The notes under the pieces were generated by a model. That model saw nothing but the letters and a program-made list of their open reading frames with translations, had not been told where the DNA came from and ran no database searches. The translations under genes were made by a program, and so were the position numbers. 64,000 bases of DNA, from contig NC_058383.1 in NCBI RefSeq assembly GCF_018350175.1, positions 11,534,001-11,598,000 on the forward strand. The letters run 5' to 3'. Shown piece by piece: positions 62,755 to 64,000 of this stretch. The first letter of the stretch is position 1. Every line of letters starts with the position of its first letter. The DNA is from Felis catus (taxonomy: Eukaryota).

Positions 62755-63126
62755 GCGCAATGGATTCTGTCTCTGCCCCAAGTTCATGGGCTGAAGTCCT
62801 AGCCCCCAGTGTGACTGTGTTTGAAGATGGGGCTTTTAGAGAGGTAATCAGGTCAAATGAGGTCATGGGGATGGGGTCCTAGTCCCGTAGGACTGGTGTC
62901 CTTATAAGAAGGGGAAGTGACACCAGGGCTGTGCACACCCGGAGAAAAGGCCGAGTGAGGACCCAGCAAGAAGGTGGACGCCTACAAGCCAAGGAGATGG
63001 GCGTCAGAGGCAACCAGCCCTTGGTCCCAGACCGGCAGCCTCCAGGACTGTGAGAATATAAACGTCTGTTGTTGAAACAAGCCAGTCTGTGGCATTTTGT
63101 TATGGCTGCTCTAGCGGGCTGAGACA
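62755..63126 (+). mobile_element. MaLR solo LTR, MLT1A-like
   Basis: 'gctgaagtcctagcccccagtgtgactgtgtttgaagatgggg', 'ggactggtgtccttataagaag', end 'gtggcattttgttatggctgctctagcgggctgagaca'. Confidence 0.88.
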
Positions 63127-63432
63127 ATATGCTAGAAGCCCTCAGGGACAGCTGCCGACAGCGTGGCTCTGGCTGGGGGAGCTGGCGGGGCGGGCGTGCG
63201 GAGAGAACGTCAGCCCTCTGGGGGAACGCTCCTGGGGCATCATCCCAAGTGCCGGTTCCTACTTAACGTGGTCCTTCTGGCTCCTCGTGGGCCTTGTGGC
63301 TTCTTTAGTCTGCTGTAAAAGCCTCTGACCTGGGTCTTAGACTAAGGTTTTGACGGGTTAATAAGGAAGAGCCCGGCGTGGGTGCAGGGAATTCAGGGGC
63401 TCATTCAGAGAATTAGGAAGAGCCTGCTTTAA

Positions 63433-63860
63433 CCAGAATGTTGGCTCTCAAGGGGGGTGCCCTTACTCCTGTGGGTCCCCAAGACCCTTTCCAGAGAGCC
63501 CTGAGGGCCCCTCTTTGCCACCTGGATGTTTGCGTGAAGCTGAGTTTTTCTACATATAATTTATCCGAAATGACATTCTAATGAAGAAGCGGATGTGGGG
63601 ATCTAGCAGTCTTTCGTTAAGCCGGCGTTAGAAATTTGCAAAAATGTCAATGTCCCGGTCGCACCGTGTGAAAAATACAGTAGGTTTTATAAAAACGCAT
63701 CATTTGTGTTTTCACACGATGAACTCATTGTCATTGAGTTTAATTAACAAGTAAATAATTTCTCAGGTTTGATCCGTAATGTAGCATATATATATATATA
63801 GAATGTAGTTATGCGAGTTATAGCTCACATCAACAAAAGCGTCTTGGGGTCCTCAATAAT
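63433..63860 (+). mobile_element. hAT-Charlie1-like DNA transposon remnant
   Basis: 'gggtccccaagaccctttc', 'aatgaagaagcggatgtggggatctagcagtctttcgttaagcc', 'atttgcaaaaatgt', 'caacaaaagcgtcttggggtcctcaataat'. Confidence 0.72.
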
Positions 63861-63902
63861 TTTTTTTCAAGAGAGAAAGAGGGTGCAAAGTGAGCGAGGG
63901 GC

Positions 63903-63935
<33 letters not shown>

Positions 63936-64000
63936 GAAGTGGGGCTCACTCAAAGCGGGGCTCTGGCTCACCCGATGTGGGTGGGACTCGAACTCACAAA
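63861..64000 (-). mobile_element. Feline SINE variant, cut by the window end
   Basis: T-run, (GA)n, 'gaagtggggctcac..aagcggggctc..ctcacccgatgtggg..actcgaactcac'. Confidence 0.85.

Noticed and set aside
1..64000. Novel multi-gene biological system
   Set aside because: No coding genes, operon-like structure or intact autonomous element is visible. The content is explained by known repeat classes plus candidate cis-regulatory DNA.

Overview
Mammalian genomic DNA, almost certainly from a felid (cat family): it carries 11 carnivore tRNA-derived SINEs of the feline SINEC_Fc type. I find no supportable protein-coding exon, and the ORF track is explained by repeats, low-complexity DNA and chance. 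The window looks like an intron or intergenic regulatory landscape. It holds eutherian-age repeats (L2, MIR, L1M, MaLR/ERVL LTRs including one MaLR with its internal region, Tigger and hAT fossils), carnivore-age inserts (SINEs, an L1 3' end, a Tigger-type MITE) and simple repeats. Between them are several repeat-free AT-rich blocks dense in homeodomain/SOX/PBX motifs and two CpG-rich candidate regulatory regions (~34.2-34.9 kb, ~60.1-60.8 kb). The best-supported curiosities are (1) a tailless, 3'-truncated 5S rRNA retrocopy with a 16-bp target-site duplication, (2) a palindromic 23-bp minisatellite with 3-unit higher-order structure, (3) a Z-DNA-prone tract next to RFX and PREP/PBX motifs, and (4) a 441-bp pure polypyrimidine tract. 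I see no evidence of a novel multi-gene system. Repeat subfamily names come from recalled consensus sequences, not a database search, and boundaries of old repeats are approximate.
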